Source: Candidatus Latescibacterota bacterium (lineage in GTDB: Bacteria; Latescibacterota; UBA2968; UBA8231). Taken from it: DNA of 64,000 nucleotides. Shown piece after piece: positions 20,242 to 29,398 of this stretch (positions are counted from its first letter, which is position 1; every line of letters starts with the position of its first letter). The position numbers and the translations under genes were made by a program. A model generated the notes under the pieces. That model was not told the origin of the DNA. It saw only the letters and a program-made list of their open reading frames with translations, and did no database searches. Where the stretch lies: NCBI GenBank assembly GCA_965243025.1, contig CBDETY010000003.1, positions 3,648,001-3,712,000 of the forward strand, in the 5' to 3' direction.

Positions 20242-20375
20242 TTCCCTGCTCCCTGGAAGGTTCCCCCGGGTGTGGTCGCGGGGAGGGTTCCGGCCGGCGC
20301 GTCCCGGCCTTCGCCGGAGGGCGGTCCCGGGCCGGGGACGGACGCCCTCCCTTCGTCTCGAAACTCGCGGCCCTG

Positions 20376-21287
20376 CTACGGCACGTACGGCTGGCCGGTG
20401 CGGCGCAACTCCTTGGTCACCGCTATCTGGCAGGTCAGGTAGCCGCCCATGTACCCGGTGGCGAACCCGGGGCGGGCGTCGCCGATGGTGCCGACGATGA
20501 GATTGGCGTGCTCGACCGAGATCGAGTAGCGGTCGACGAGCAGGGCCACCATCTCCCGCCACGCCGCTTTCAGCGCCTCTGCCCAGGAATCCGCCTTCGC
20601 CCCGGTCAGCCACTCCTCCGGGGCCTCGACCACCCCGGTGGTCTCGACCACCGGGGTGCTGCAGGGAAAACCGGGTGAGCGGTCGACCTTCAGGGTCACC
20701 GCGGAGTCGATTTCCACGCCGGCCCCGGTCAGCTCGCCGTCCCCCATGCGGGCGTGAACGTCTCCGAGCGACAGCAACCCACCCGGCTTCTGGGCGCGGA
20801 TGTGGACGGTGCTGCCCGGCTGGATGGAGTTGAAGTCCATGTTGCCGCCGTGATCGATGGCGTTCGGGGCCCAGGACTCCAGCTGGATGACGCCGATCAT
20901 CGGCCGCGCCGGCACCACGAGGTCGGGCGGAAAGTGGATGAGACCGTCCCGCACCGGGGCGATGCAGCGCCAGTTGCCCCAGTTGGGTCCGCCGTTGCGG
21001 TAGAAGCCGTATGGAGCGGGCTTGACGTCGATGATCTCGACAGCCACCCAGTCGTCCGGCCCGATCCCCTCTATGGCGAAGGGACCGCCGGGACGCGAGT
21101 GGCGCGGGTGGGTTGCGGCGGCGGTGATCTGGCCTGCCCTGGTCTCCCCGGCAGCCTCGTAGTCGTGGTCGTTGCCGCCGATGGTTTCGATGACCACGGT
21201 TTCCCCGAGCTCGAGGGTTCCCCTCACCTGCCCGATTTCGGGGTCGTCCGGCCCGCTGTAGCAGGGTGTCCGGGTGAAGCGGCGCAT
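20376..21287 (-). CDS. Acetamidase/formamidase family protein
   Basis: GPFAIEG, PMIGVI, HGGNMD, LSLGDVHARMGDGE..GAGVE. Confidence 0.85.
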   Translation of the reverse strand: MRRFTRTPCYSGPDDPEIGQVRGTLELGETVVIETIGGNDHDYEAAGETRAGQITAAATHPRHSRPGGPFAIEGIGPDDWVAVEIIDVKPAPYGFYRNGGPNWGNWRCIAPVRDGLIHFPPDLVVPARPMIGVIQLESWAPNAIDHGGNMDFNSIQPGSTVHIRAQKPGGLLSLGDVHARMGDGELTGAGVEIDSAVTLKVDRSPGFPCSTPVVETTGVVEAPEEWLTGAKADSWAEALKAAWREMVALLVDRYSISVEHANLIVGTIGDARPGFATGYMGGYLTCQIAVTKELRRTGQPYVP

Positions 21288-21450
21288 ACAGGCCTCCCGT
21301 GTCTTAGATTTCCGGTTGCTTCAGGCGATTGACGCGGGGGAATTCTCCGCAAAGCTCACTCAGTGGTCAACCGGAGGAAACCGGCCCGGCCCGTTGGAAA
21401 GTCCGACCGGGCGGGGCCGGGGGAGCAACTTTTTCAGCGAGCTGCCAGGG

Positions 21451-22230
21451 ATGCGCGCCGACCATATCTCCAGCGGCGGAACGGAGGCGGCCATCGTCCC
21501 CGGACGCGGCGGGCTCGTCACCCGGTTCGCGGTCTCCGGACGCGAGATCCTCTTCCTCGACCGCGCCAGCTTCGAGGACCGCGGCCAGCCGGTCCGCGGC
21601 GGCATACCCGTCCTCTTCCCGTTCGCCGGCCGCCTCGCCGACAACCTGCTCCTGGCGACGGGAACCTCGCTCGGCCTGCACGGGTTCGCCCGCGATCTCG
21701 AGTGGACGGTCACCGGGCACGAAGGCGACCGCCACCGGATGGAGCTGGCGCCCGGTCCCGAGGTACTCGAGACCTACCCGTTTCCGCACAGGTTGACGCA
21801 GACGACCTGTGTCGCCGAAGGGGAGCTGTCGCTCTGCCTCGAGATCGAGAACAGGTCGCCGCGGCCGATGCCGGTTGCGCCGGGCTGGCACCCCTACTTC
21901 CGCTGCCCGAGGGAGAGCAAGGCCGCGGTCCGCTACGGCCTGGCGGACTTCCCCCGCCAACAGCTCGGCGACTCCTACGACTTCGGGCTCGAAGCGCCGT
22001 CCGAGGGGAGAATCGGTTTCGACATACCCGGGGAGGGAGCGGTCTCCATGTCCTTTTCCCCGGAATTCCGCCACCTGCAGTTCTGGACCCTGCCGCAGCG
22101 CGGCTTCATCTGCGTCGAGCCCTGGGACGGTCCCCCCGGGGTCATCAACAGCGGCCGCTGCCGCCTCGTCCCGCCCGGGGGGACGCTGGTCTACCGGATG
22201 CGGATTGCCCCGGCTGAGAGGGAGTCCTGA
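21451..22230 (+). CDS. Aldose 1-epimerase/galactose mutarotase-like protein
   Basis: RGGIPVLFPFAGRL, HGFAR, YPF, GWHPYF, FICVEPW. Confidence 0.85.
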   Translation: MRADHISSGGTEAAIVPGRGGLVTRFAVSGREILFLDRASFEDRGQPVRGGIPVLFPFAGRLADNLLLATGTSLGLHGFARDLEWTVTGHEGDRHRMELAPGPEVLETYPFPHRLTQTTCVAEGELSLCLEIENRSPRPMPVAPGWHPYFRCPRESKAAVRYGLADFPRQQLGDSYDFGLEAPSEGRIGFDIPGEGAVSMSFSPEFRHLQFWTLPQRGFICVEPWDGPPGVINSGRCRLVPPGGTLVYRMRIAPAERES

Positions 22231-22235
22231 CCGGC

Positions 22236-23129
22236 ATGCCGCTGCAGGGCCGGATCGGCGAGCTGCTCGACAGGCTCGACGCGAGGACCTCGGCGTACGC
22301 CCGGCACCTGGCCTCCGGCGCCGAGATCGCGGTGCGCGCCGACGAGCCGGTCGACACCCTGAGCGTCATCAAGCTGCCGGTGCTGGTCCTCGCTTTCCGC
22401 GACGCCGAAGCCGGCAGGCTCGACCTCGCAAGCCGCTGCGCCGTCGGCCCGCAGGATCTCCGCAACGGCACCGGGGTCCTTAAACACTTCGAGCCCGGCC
22501 TGCAGCCGACCTGGGGCGATCTGCTGACCCAGATGGTCATCACCAGCGACAACACCGCCACCGATCTCGTCGTCGGCCGGGTCGGCCTGGAGCGCGTCAA
22601 CGGTCTGCTGAGCGAGCTCGGATACACGGAAACCCGCCTCCAGCACACCCTGGCCGACTACTTCCGCCGCCGCTGGGAGCTGCTCGATCCCGCCAACGCC
22701 TCGCTGTCCAACGCCGAGGTGTTCGAGCGCGGGTTCCCGCGCGACCCCGGAGCCCGGGAGCGCGATTTCGCCTTCGAAGGGGAGCAGGAGGAATGGCTCG
22801 GCCGCACCACGGCCCGCGAGACGGCGAACCTGCTGGCGCAGGTCGAGAACGCCGAGCTGGCCGGCCCCGAGTCGAGCCGGCGGATGATCGGGATTCTTCT
22901 GCGGCAGACCTTCGGCTCGCGGCTGCCGCGGTTCGTCGGGGACCGGGTCGCCATCGCCCACAAGACCGGGGACTGGGCTCCGCTTGCCGGCAACGACGCA
23001 GGCATCATCTACGCCGACAGCGGGGCGATCGCCGTCTCGGTGTTCGTCAACCAGAACCGCGGCGACTTCACCGAAGTCGAAGAAACCCACGGCCGCATCG
23101 CCGAGCTGCTGGTCGAGGCCTGGGGTTAG
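22236..23129 (+). CDS. Class A beta-lactamase-related serine hydrolase
   Basis: SxxK (SVIK), SDN and HKTG motifs; no signal peptide. Confidence 0.85.
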   Translation: MPLQGRIGELLDRLDARTSAYARHLASGAEIAVRADEPVDTLSVIKLPVLVLAFRDAEAGRLDLASRCAVGPQDLRNGTGVLKHFEPGLQPTWGDLLTQMVITSDNTATDLVVGRVGLERVNGLLSELGYTETRLQHTLADYFRRRWELLDPANASLSNAEVFERGFPRDPGARERDFAFEGEQEEWLGRTTARETANLLAQVENAELAGPESSRRMIGILLRQTFGSRLPRFVGDRVAIAHKTGDWAPLAGNDAGIIYADSGAIAVSVFVNQNRGDFTEVEETHGRIAELLVEAWG

Positions 23130-23284
23130 CCGGGGAGCACGTTCATCCGCGCGGGTCCCGCAGGGGCATCGTCATTGCTGACCGCGGGAGAACCGCCTGC
23201 AGGGGCCGGGCAGGTCCGGACACCTCGCAGAGAGGTTGCGGGGGAGAGCGACGGCCGCCCCGCATCCCGACGGCCCCTCCCTTC

Positions 23285-24115
23285 TCAGCCTTCGTCGCTC
23301 CAGTCCTCGCAGCGCCTCACCGCGAGGTCGTCGAGGCTTTCCTGCCGTTCCTCGACCATCTCGATCCTCACCGTCGTCTCCAGCAGGTCCCCGGGACCGG
23401 CGTCGCGGCCGAAGAGGTGGAAGTACTGCGAGTTGTGGTAGCCGTTGTACCCCGAGAGCCCGATGCAGTCCCGGCGCCTCGCCATCGAGATGACAGAGGG
23501 ACCGAAGCGGTGCTGCTGCGTCATAAGCGGCAGCGCGTAGTCCGGTCCCAGCATCCAGTTCTGGGACGGCTTCGTCATCCAGCGCCCGTCGAGGAAGATG
23601 CGGCGCGCCCCGTCGTCGCGGGGCCACGCCTCGTCGTTGAACTCCCCGCACCAGGCGGTCTCGTACCAGCGCATCCCGACCGCCGGGTCGACGCTCGCGT
23701 CGCGCAGCGCAAAGCGCGGCTTCAGGTAGGGGTTGAAGTAGCTCGAAACGAACAGCTCGTAGGCCGCGTAGGCCTCCAGGGCTTCGGCCTGAATCCGCAT
23801 CTCGACGGCGAGCTGATCGGGGAAAACGCGGTAGCGCACCGCAAGGCGGACGTTGTTGTCGGGACACGGGGGCCAGCGCACCACCGCGTCCCCCTCTTCG
23901 ACAGACACCTCGGCCTTGCGCTGGCGCACGATATCGATCTGGCGGCCCCCGGCGGCGGCTCGATAGATGCTGAGCCAGGCGAACTCCGGCCCTTCGTCGA
24001 GGTGGAAGTGGGTCCCTTTCGACAGGCGGATTCCGTTGCTGCCGAGAACGGTGACCGACCAGTCTCCCATCGGGGACCGGGTCGTGTCAGGTGGCGCGTA
24101 AGGGGCAAACGACAT
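23285..24115 (-). CDS. Hypothetical protein
   Basis: 276-aa ORF with coding-type GC bias and a GAGG RBS; YELFVSSYF and HNSQYFHLFGRD segments. Confidence 0.65.
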   Translation of the reverse strand: MSFAPYAPPDTTRSPMGDWSVTVLGSNGIRLSKGTHFHLDEGPEFAWLSIYRAAAGGRQIDIVRQRKAEVSVEEGDAVVRWPPCPDNNVRLAVRYRVFPDQLAVEMRIQAEALEAYAAYELFVSSYFNPYLKPRFALRDASVDPAVGMRWYETAWCGEFNDEAWPRDDGARRIFLDGRWMTKPSQNWMLGPDYALPLMTQQHRFGPSVISMARRRDCIGLSGYNGYHNSQYFHLFGRDAGPGDLLETTVRIEMVEERQESLDDLAVRRCEDWSDEG

Positions 24116-24199
24116 GCGTGTTCCTCGCTTTCAATACCGGCCGCCCAGGCCGGAATGGTTGCTCAGTTTTATTTGGCCCGGGGGGAAGACCCGGACCGG

Positions 24200-24652
24200 T
24201 CACTTGTTCCGGCGCAGTCCGGAGGCGGTGAGGGCGAGTCCGGCCAGGAAGCAGAGCGCCCCGACCGGTACCAGTAGAATGCCGATGAACGGGTCGCCGC
24301 CGTGGGTCCAGATTCCCCCGAGAAAGAACCCCAGGGGAAGGAGCACTGCCGCTGCCATAAGCAGCGGGGAGGCTTTCGCCAGGCGCTCGGCCGCGGCGTC
24401 CTCCTGGCTCCCCGAAACCAGGGCGTACAGGATGTTGACGATCGCCAGCAGCCCCCCGTGGGCGTGGGCGAGCCTCCACATCAGCCGCCGCACCTCGTTC
24501 CCGACGTCGAGGTACCACCCGATCTTGAAACCGTGCATCGTCTCCAGGGCGATCCCCAGGGTCGCGAAGAGGAGCAGGGCGAACCATCCGAAGCGCATGT
24601 TGCGGCCGGCAATCCGCCGGGCGTCCCTCGTGGAATCCATCTTTCCCCTCAC
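24200..24652 (-). CDS. Small four-helix membrane protein
   Basis: Four hydrophobic segments; RLAHAHGGLL and LLPLGFFLGG; overlaps the cytochrome stop (alternative ATG 12 nt downstream). Confidence 0.75.
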   Translation of the reverse strand: MRGKMDSTRDARRIAGRNMRFGWFALLLFATLGIALETMHGFKIGWYLDVGNEVRRLMWRLAHAHGGLLAIVNILYALVSGSQEDAAAERLAKASPLLMAAAVLLPLGFFLGGIWTHGGDPFIGILLVPVGALCFLAGLALTASGLRRNK

Positions 24653-26517
24653 TCCTGAAGGTAGACTACCCGGTTGTCGCGGCGGCTGAGGAGCCCCTGC
24701 AGGGCGCCGCTGTCGACGGTCCCGGACCGCATCAGCAGCCCGGGGTCATCGGCCCCGGCCGCGGCGCGGCGCCAGGTTCTCCTGAGCTCGCGCAGGGCCC
24801 TTGCCCGTTGCCGCGGCGGGGAGTCGAACTCGTACGCCAGGTCCTCGTATCCCGGGATCGCCATCAGGGTCCGGTGGGCGCGGTAGCGGACCACGTCGTA
24901 CGAGTCCTGCATCAACAGTCCCAGGAAGGGCGGCATCCACCAGGAGCCGGCCGCCGCCTGCGCCTCTTCCCAGCCGAAGGACCAGGCCATGAGCCCCCGC
25001 TGCCCGGCGTCCCCCCGTATGGCGAGCAGGGGACCTACGGCGACGTCCCGTTCGTCGCCGGGGAGGGCCGGCTGCGGTTGGCCGTACCACTCCTCGAGGT
25101 GAGCCGCGGTCCAGGCGTATGTCCTGTCGAGGTGGCACAGGTTGCAGGCGTCGGGACGCCCGGTCTCCACCGCGGCGGCGACCCCGGGGGAGGTGATGGC
25201 GTGGCTGCGGATCGCCCGCTGCTGTCCCCAGGTTGTGTGCGGCATGTGGCAGTTGATGCACTGGCTGGCGGCCGACTCGGGCGGGTGATGCGTGTGCCCC
25301 TGCAGGCTCTCGGGGTCGTCGAAGCCGGAATGGCACTGAACGCAGGCCGTGGGGCCCTCCATGCGCGGCTTCAACTGGCGGTTCGCCCAGTTCTTCGCCG
25401 GGCGGAGATCGCCGTGATCCTGGTGCATCTCGTGGCAGGAAAGGCAGGTCATGATGCCGCGATCCGGATCGCCGTGGGTGAAACAGGGGGAGAGCATCAG
25501 GTCGTTGTACTCCCTCCCGGTGACGCGCACCAGGCCGTCTGGCCAGAAGTACTGCTCACCCTCGAAACTCACGTCGCGGAGAGGCAGCTCCGCGTCCCCG
25601 GCCCGGAACGGGGAGCCGTTCGTTTTCCAGGCCGTGAAGTCGGCGTCGCTTTTGGGATCGAAGACCGCGTGGCACTGGCCGCAGACCAGGGACTGGGTCG
25701 CCGGCTCCAGACGCTTCGGGTTGACGATGGTCGGGTCCGCCTCGTCACCCCAGTGGAAGGCATAGCGGCTCGCCGGGGAACGGCGCGCCCGCACGTGCGC
25801 CTCCCCGGGGCCGTGGCAGGACTCGCAGGCGATCCCGAACTCCACTGCCTCCGAATCGAAACCCTCGGAAACCAGCCCGGGATTGCCGCCGGTTGTATGG
25901 CAGAGAATGCAGGAGGCGTTCCAGAGTCCGGAGACCCCCGGCATGGGATCGGGGGGCTTGAGAAAGACGGAGCCGATGTACATCCAGCGGTCGGTATCGA
26001 TGACGTAGGCGGCGTCGAGGATGCGCAGGGAGCGGTCGAAATCCCCTGCCTCGTACCAGTAGGCCTGGAAGTGGTGGGATCCGGTGGTCATGACGATCCG
26101 CCGCCTGATCCAGGGGCGGGAACCGGGACCGGGGGCATCCGGATCTTCGAACTCGACCCAGATTTCGCCGTCCTCGACGCTGAAGCGGTACTGTCCGGAT
26201 CCGGTGGTGACGGTGACCCCGTCGAGCGGGGTGGCGACGCTCCGGGGGGTGGCGACCTGCGTCATGGTGCGGTGCCACGACGCCCACCAGGAATCGTACT
26301 CCCCCGGGTGGCAGGAGCGGCAGGCCCTCGAGGAGACGAAATCCCCGGTGGCCGCCTCTATGGGACGGTGTTGCGGTTGCGGCTGCTCCGACAGGGGGTA
26401 GGGCTTCCGGTAACCGGTGGCTACCCCCAGGCAGACGGTTACCGAGCCGAGAAGCGCATATCCGAGCTTCCGCCTGATCCGCCGTCTCGCATCGTCGGGA
26501 ATACGGGCTGAAGCCAC
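24649..26517 (-). CDS. Membrane-anchored octaheme cytochrome c (c554/c552-like)
   Basis: Eight CxxCH: CRSCH, CILCH, CESCH(GPG), CGQCH, CLSCH, CVQCH, CINCH(MP), CNLCH. N-terminal hydrophobic segment after a basic stretch. Confidence 0.88.
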   Translation of the reverse strand: MASARIPDDARRRIRRKLGYALLGSVTVCLGVATGYRKPYPLSEQPQPQHRPIEAATGDFVSSRACRSCHPGEYDSWWASWHRTMTQVATPRSVATPLDGVTVTTGSGQYRFSVEDGEIWVEFEDPDAPGPGSRPWIRRRIVMTTGSHHFQAYWYEAGDFDRSLRILDAAYVIDTDRWMYIGSVFLKPPDPMPGVSGLWNASCILCHTTGGNPGLVSEGFDSEAVEFGIACESCHGPGEAHVRARRSPASRYAFHWGDEADPTIVNPKRLEPATQSLVCGQCHAVFDPKSDADFTAWKTNGSPFRAGDAELPLRDVSFEGEQYFWPDGLVRVTGREYNDLMLSPCFTHGDPDRGIMTCLSCHEMHQDHGDLRPAKNWANRQLKPRMEGPTACVQCHSGFDDPESLQGHTHHPPESAASQCINCHMPHTTWGQQRAIRSHAITSPGVAAAVETGRPDACNLCHLDRTYAWTAAHLEEWYGQPQPALPGDERDVAVGPLLAIRGDAGQRGLMAWSFGWEEAQAAAGSWWMPPFLGLLMQDSYDVVRYRAHRTLMAIPGYEDLAYEFDSPPRQRARALRELRRTWRRAAAGADDPGLLMRSGTVDSGALQGLLSRRDNRVVYLQE

Positions 26518-26528
26518 CCTGGACGGCG

Positions 26529-29201
26529 CTAATAGGTGAGGGCAACCGTGCGCAGCAGCTCCCGGCTGCCGACGCCGGTACCCCCGGTGTCGGAGGCGAG
26601 CTTGAGGCGCACCGCGTACAACCCCGGGGGCACCAGCTCATCCGCTTCGTCGCGGCCGTCCCAGGCGATCGAGTAGCCGCCGGCGCTGACCTCCCTCTGC
26701 TCTTCCAGTCGCCGCACCCGGCGGCCCGTCAGATCGAAGATCTCGGCGGCGACCGCGGTGCTCGCCCCCACCATCATCACCGTGAAATCGAGCCGCAACT
26801 CGTCGTTCACCCCGTCGCCGTTGGGGGAGAAAACCCGCGGCGAGACCGCCAGATCCCTGAACAGCAGCTTGTGCTCCGGCTGCGCCACCAGCTGCAGCGA
26901 ATTGCGCGGAATCTTTTCGTCGACGCGCTGCCAGAAACCCTCCCCCTCCGAGTTCCGCAGGTGCGCCTGCAGGCGGCCTCCCGCGGTCAGCAGGATCCCC
27001 CTGAAATCGACCCGCAACGCCTCCGCTTCCGAAGCAACCTCATCGAAGGCGAGGTGGAGACTGTCGGCGGCGTCGGACAACAGGCGCACGTTCTCCAGGC
27101 GGAAGCCGCCGGGGTCGCCCCCTTCCCCGAAGGCCGAGGCGGGACCGGCGAACACCGCATCGCGGCCGGGGTCGAAACGCACCTCCATTCCGGGAGGCGG
27201 AGTAATCAGAAGCTCGTCGAAGCCCTGCCGGAGGGAGCCGAGCTCCACCAGGAGATTGAAACCGCGCTCCACCCCGAGAGAATCGACGCGGGTCGGGATC
27301 ACCTGCCCCTGCAGGCTTTCGGCCACCGGGTCCGAAAAGTTCACGCGCACCGCGTCCAGGGTGGCGAACGCATTCGGATCGTCGGACAGCAGCCGCGCCC
27401 GGACCTTGAGGTACTTGCGCGGCGACGGCGAGGTGATGGCGGTCCCCGAGGCCACCTCGTACGGCTCGCTCCAGGGCTCCCAGTCGCCTCCCGCCACCTC
27501 CTCGGGAACGATGGGTCCCTTCTGGGTCTTGATGCGGATCTTGTTGTACGCCGCTTCGGAGATCTCCGTCCCGTCTGCCTTGAAGTAGTGAAGCAGGGTG
27601 TCGAGCGAGTTCCCGGTGCGCGTCTGCACCTCGACGCGGGTGCCGGGCTGGTGGTCGGAGTCCCACTCGATGGTGGTAAGGTTGCGGCTGCCCCCGAGCT
27701 GGATGAGGCTGGAGGTCATCTCGACGCGGGGCTGGTACCCCTCTCCGTACAGCTGCAGCTCGCTGAGCAGGGCGTCGCCGAGATTGTCCCGCGGGAGGGC
27801 TTCGAACCCGACGTCCCACTCGATGCGGAAGAACCTTCCGGTCACCGCCCGGAACTCCTCGATGTTCAGGATGATGCGGCTGCGGCCGCCGTTCCTCTCG
27901 GCCACGGTGAGCCACCTGAGACCACCGTCCACCTCCCTGGTGCCGTCGGAAACGTCGAGGCGGTAGTCGAACCACGACCTGGCGCGGGCGGCGCCCCGGC
28001 CGCCGGCCAACCTGAAACCGGAGATCCAGAAAAAGGAACCCAGGTCGATGAACAGCTCGTCGGTCAGCCGGTTCGGATCGGAGTTGCTGAGCCTCATCTT
28101 CTCCTGCGATTCGATGTTGCCGTCGATGAGGTTGAGGGGATTCACCGAAGTGGGGGCGGAGTTGACGATCGAGCCCTTGCGGCGAATCACCCCGCTCGCC
28201 AGGTCGTCGCCGGGACCCCAGACTTCCAGTTCCGCCAGGCGCGGCCGTTCCCGGCGGTAGTAGCGAATGCCCCCTTTCAGATCCTCGTCCAGCCGTTCGT
28301 AATCCCCGGGTTCGAGGGTGACCTCGCCGCCGTTCGAAAGGCGCTTTATGTAATCGATCGCCCCGGCGTCTTCCGGGGATTCCTCGAGAAGGCGATTGTA
28401 TTCTTCCTCGCCGATCTCCCGGCCGCGGTCGAGGTCGCTGCCGTGCACTGCAACCTGGACGAAGCGCACCGACCTTTTTTCCGCGTCCGTCCCGACTCCC
28501 TGGATCTGCGCCAGCAGCGAAGCCGCCTGGGCGGTGGTTCCCCCGGCCACCACCGGGGGATCGGATCCGGAAAGGTCGGCCTCGAAAACACGCTGGCTCT
28601 TGTTGGGCCGCAGCGTCTGGATGACCGGGCGGAAGTCGAGGCTCTTGCTCGCCGGGGCGGTCCCGGGAGCCTGACCGTTGGATACCAGAACGTCGAAAAG
28701 CAGGAACGGATCCCCCATTCCCTCGTCGACGAACTTCAGCACGACCCGGTCGGCAAGCACGATGCGGCCGAGATCGATGGTGAACCACCACTGCGTCGCC
28801 AGGTTGAAATCACCGGACGGGATCTCCGGCTCCCAGTACGTGGTCGGGTCGCCGTCGAACACGTTGACGACATCCTCGCGGTTGGAGACACCCTGGATGG
28901 CGTCCAGCAGGGATATCTCCGCCGGGTCCTTGCGCGCCAGCTCCTCGGGCGGGTTCCAGCGCAGGTGATCGACGATGTCGAGAACGGCGTTGGTCTGCCG
29001 GCGCCAGTGTTGGGGGCGAATCTCCCCGGAAGGGCTGATCTCCAGCGTCCCTTCGGCAAACTCCCAGTTTTGCCAGTGACTTTGCGTGTTGACGACCACC
29101 TGGTTGTCGAGAACGCTGTACCCTTCCTGCGCCGCGGTTCCCGCGGGCAGGAAACTCCCCAGCATGATCGCGCTTCCGGCAAACAGACAGAATCTTTTCA
29201 T
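26529..29201 (-). CDS. Secreted double-discoidin-like/FlgD(CHU_C)-tail protein, paralog A
   Basis: Signal peptide ending TAA-Q. FDGDPTTYWEP, WWFTIDLG, RLAELEVWG, second LIDG..IDLGS domain, QTRTG, SPSPRKYL, FSPNGDGVND, WDGRD..PPGLY; ends VALTY. Confidence 0.88.
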   Translation of the reverse strand: MKRFCLFAGSAIMLGSFLPAGTAAQEGYSVLDNQVVVNTQSHWQNWEFAEGTLEISPSGEIRPQHWRRQTNAVLDIVDHLRWNPPEELARKDPAEISLLDAIQGVSNREDVVNVFDGDPTTYWEPEIPSGDFNLATQWWFTIDLGRIVLADRVVLKFVDEGMGDPFLLFDVLVSNGQAPGTAPASKSLDFRPVIQTLRPNKSQRVFEADLSGSDPPVVAGGTTAQAASLLAQIQGVGTDAEKRSVRFVQVAVHGSDLDRGREIGEEEYNRLLEESPEDAGAIDYIKRLSNGGEVTLEPGDYERLDEDLKGGIRYYRRERPRLAELEVWGPGDDLASGVIRRKGSIVNSAPTSVNPLNLIDGNIESQEKMRLSNSDPNRLTDELFIDLGSFFWISGFRLAGGRGAARARSWFDYRLDVSDGTREVDGGLRWLTVAERNGGRSRIILNIEEFRAVTGRFFRIEWDVGFEALPRDNLGDALLSELQLYGEGYQPRVEMTSSLIQLGGSRNLTTIEWDSDHQPGTRVEVQTRTGNSLDTLLHYFKADGTEISEAAYNKIRIKTQKGPIVPEEVAGGDWEPWSEPYEVASGTAITSPSPRKYLKVRARLLSDDPNAFATLDAVRVNFSDPVAESLQGQVIPTRVDSLGVERGFNLLVELGSLRQGFDELLITPPPGMEVRFDPGRDAVFAGPASAFGEGGDPGGFRLENVRLLSDAADSLHLAFDEVASEAEALRVDFRGILLTAGGRLQAHLRNSEGEGFWQRVDEKIPRNSLQLVAQPEHKLLFRDLAVSPRVFSPNGDGVNDELRLDFTVMMVGASTAVAAEIFDLTGRRVRRLEEQREVSAGGYSIAWDGRDEADELVPPGLYAVRLKLASDTGGTGVGSRELLRTVALTY

Positions 29202-29398
29202 CGGCGCCTGCCCTCCAGATCAATCGTTAGTCCCGGTCTTCCGGTGAAGGTAGCTTTCATGGAGATCCATCCGTAATCGCTCGTACCCACATCCATTGAA
29301 ATTACAAAATCCCCGGTCTGGGAAAAAGCCGGGAGCTTGTATCCTAACAACCTGAATATCAACCAGTTGAAGCCCTGGTCCGGCGCTGCTGTGTCCCG

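Noticed and set aside
22236-23129. Antibiotic-resistance beta-lactamase
   Set aside because: Has SxxK/SDN/KTG but no signal peptide and no recognisable omega-loop ExxLN; better called a related serine hydrolase.
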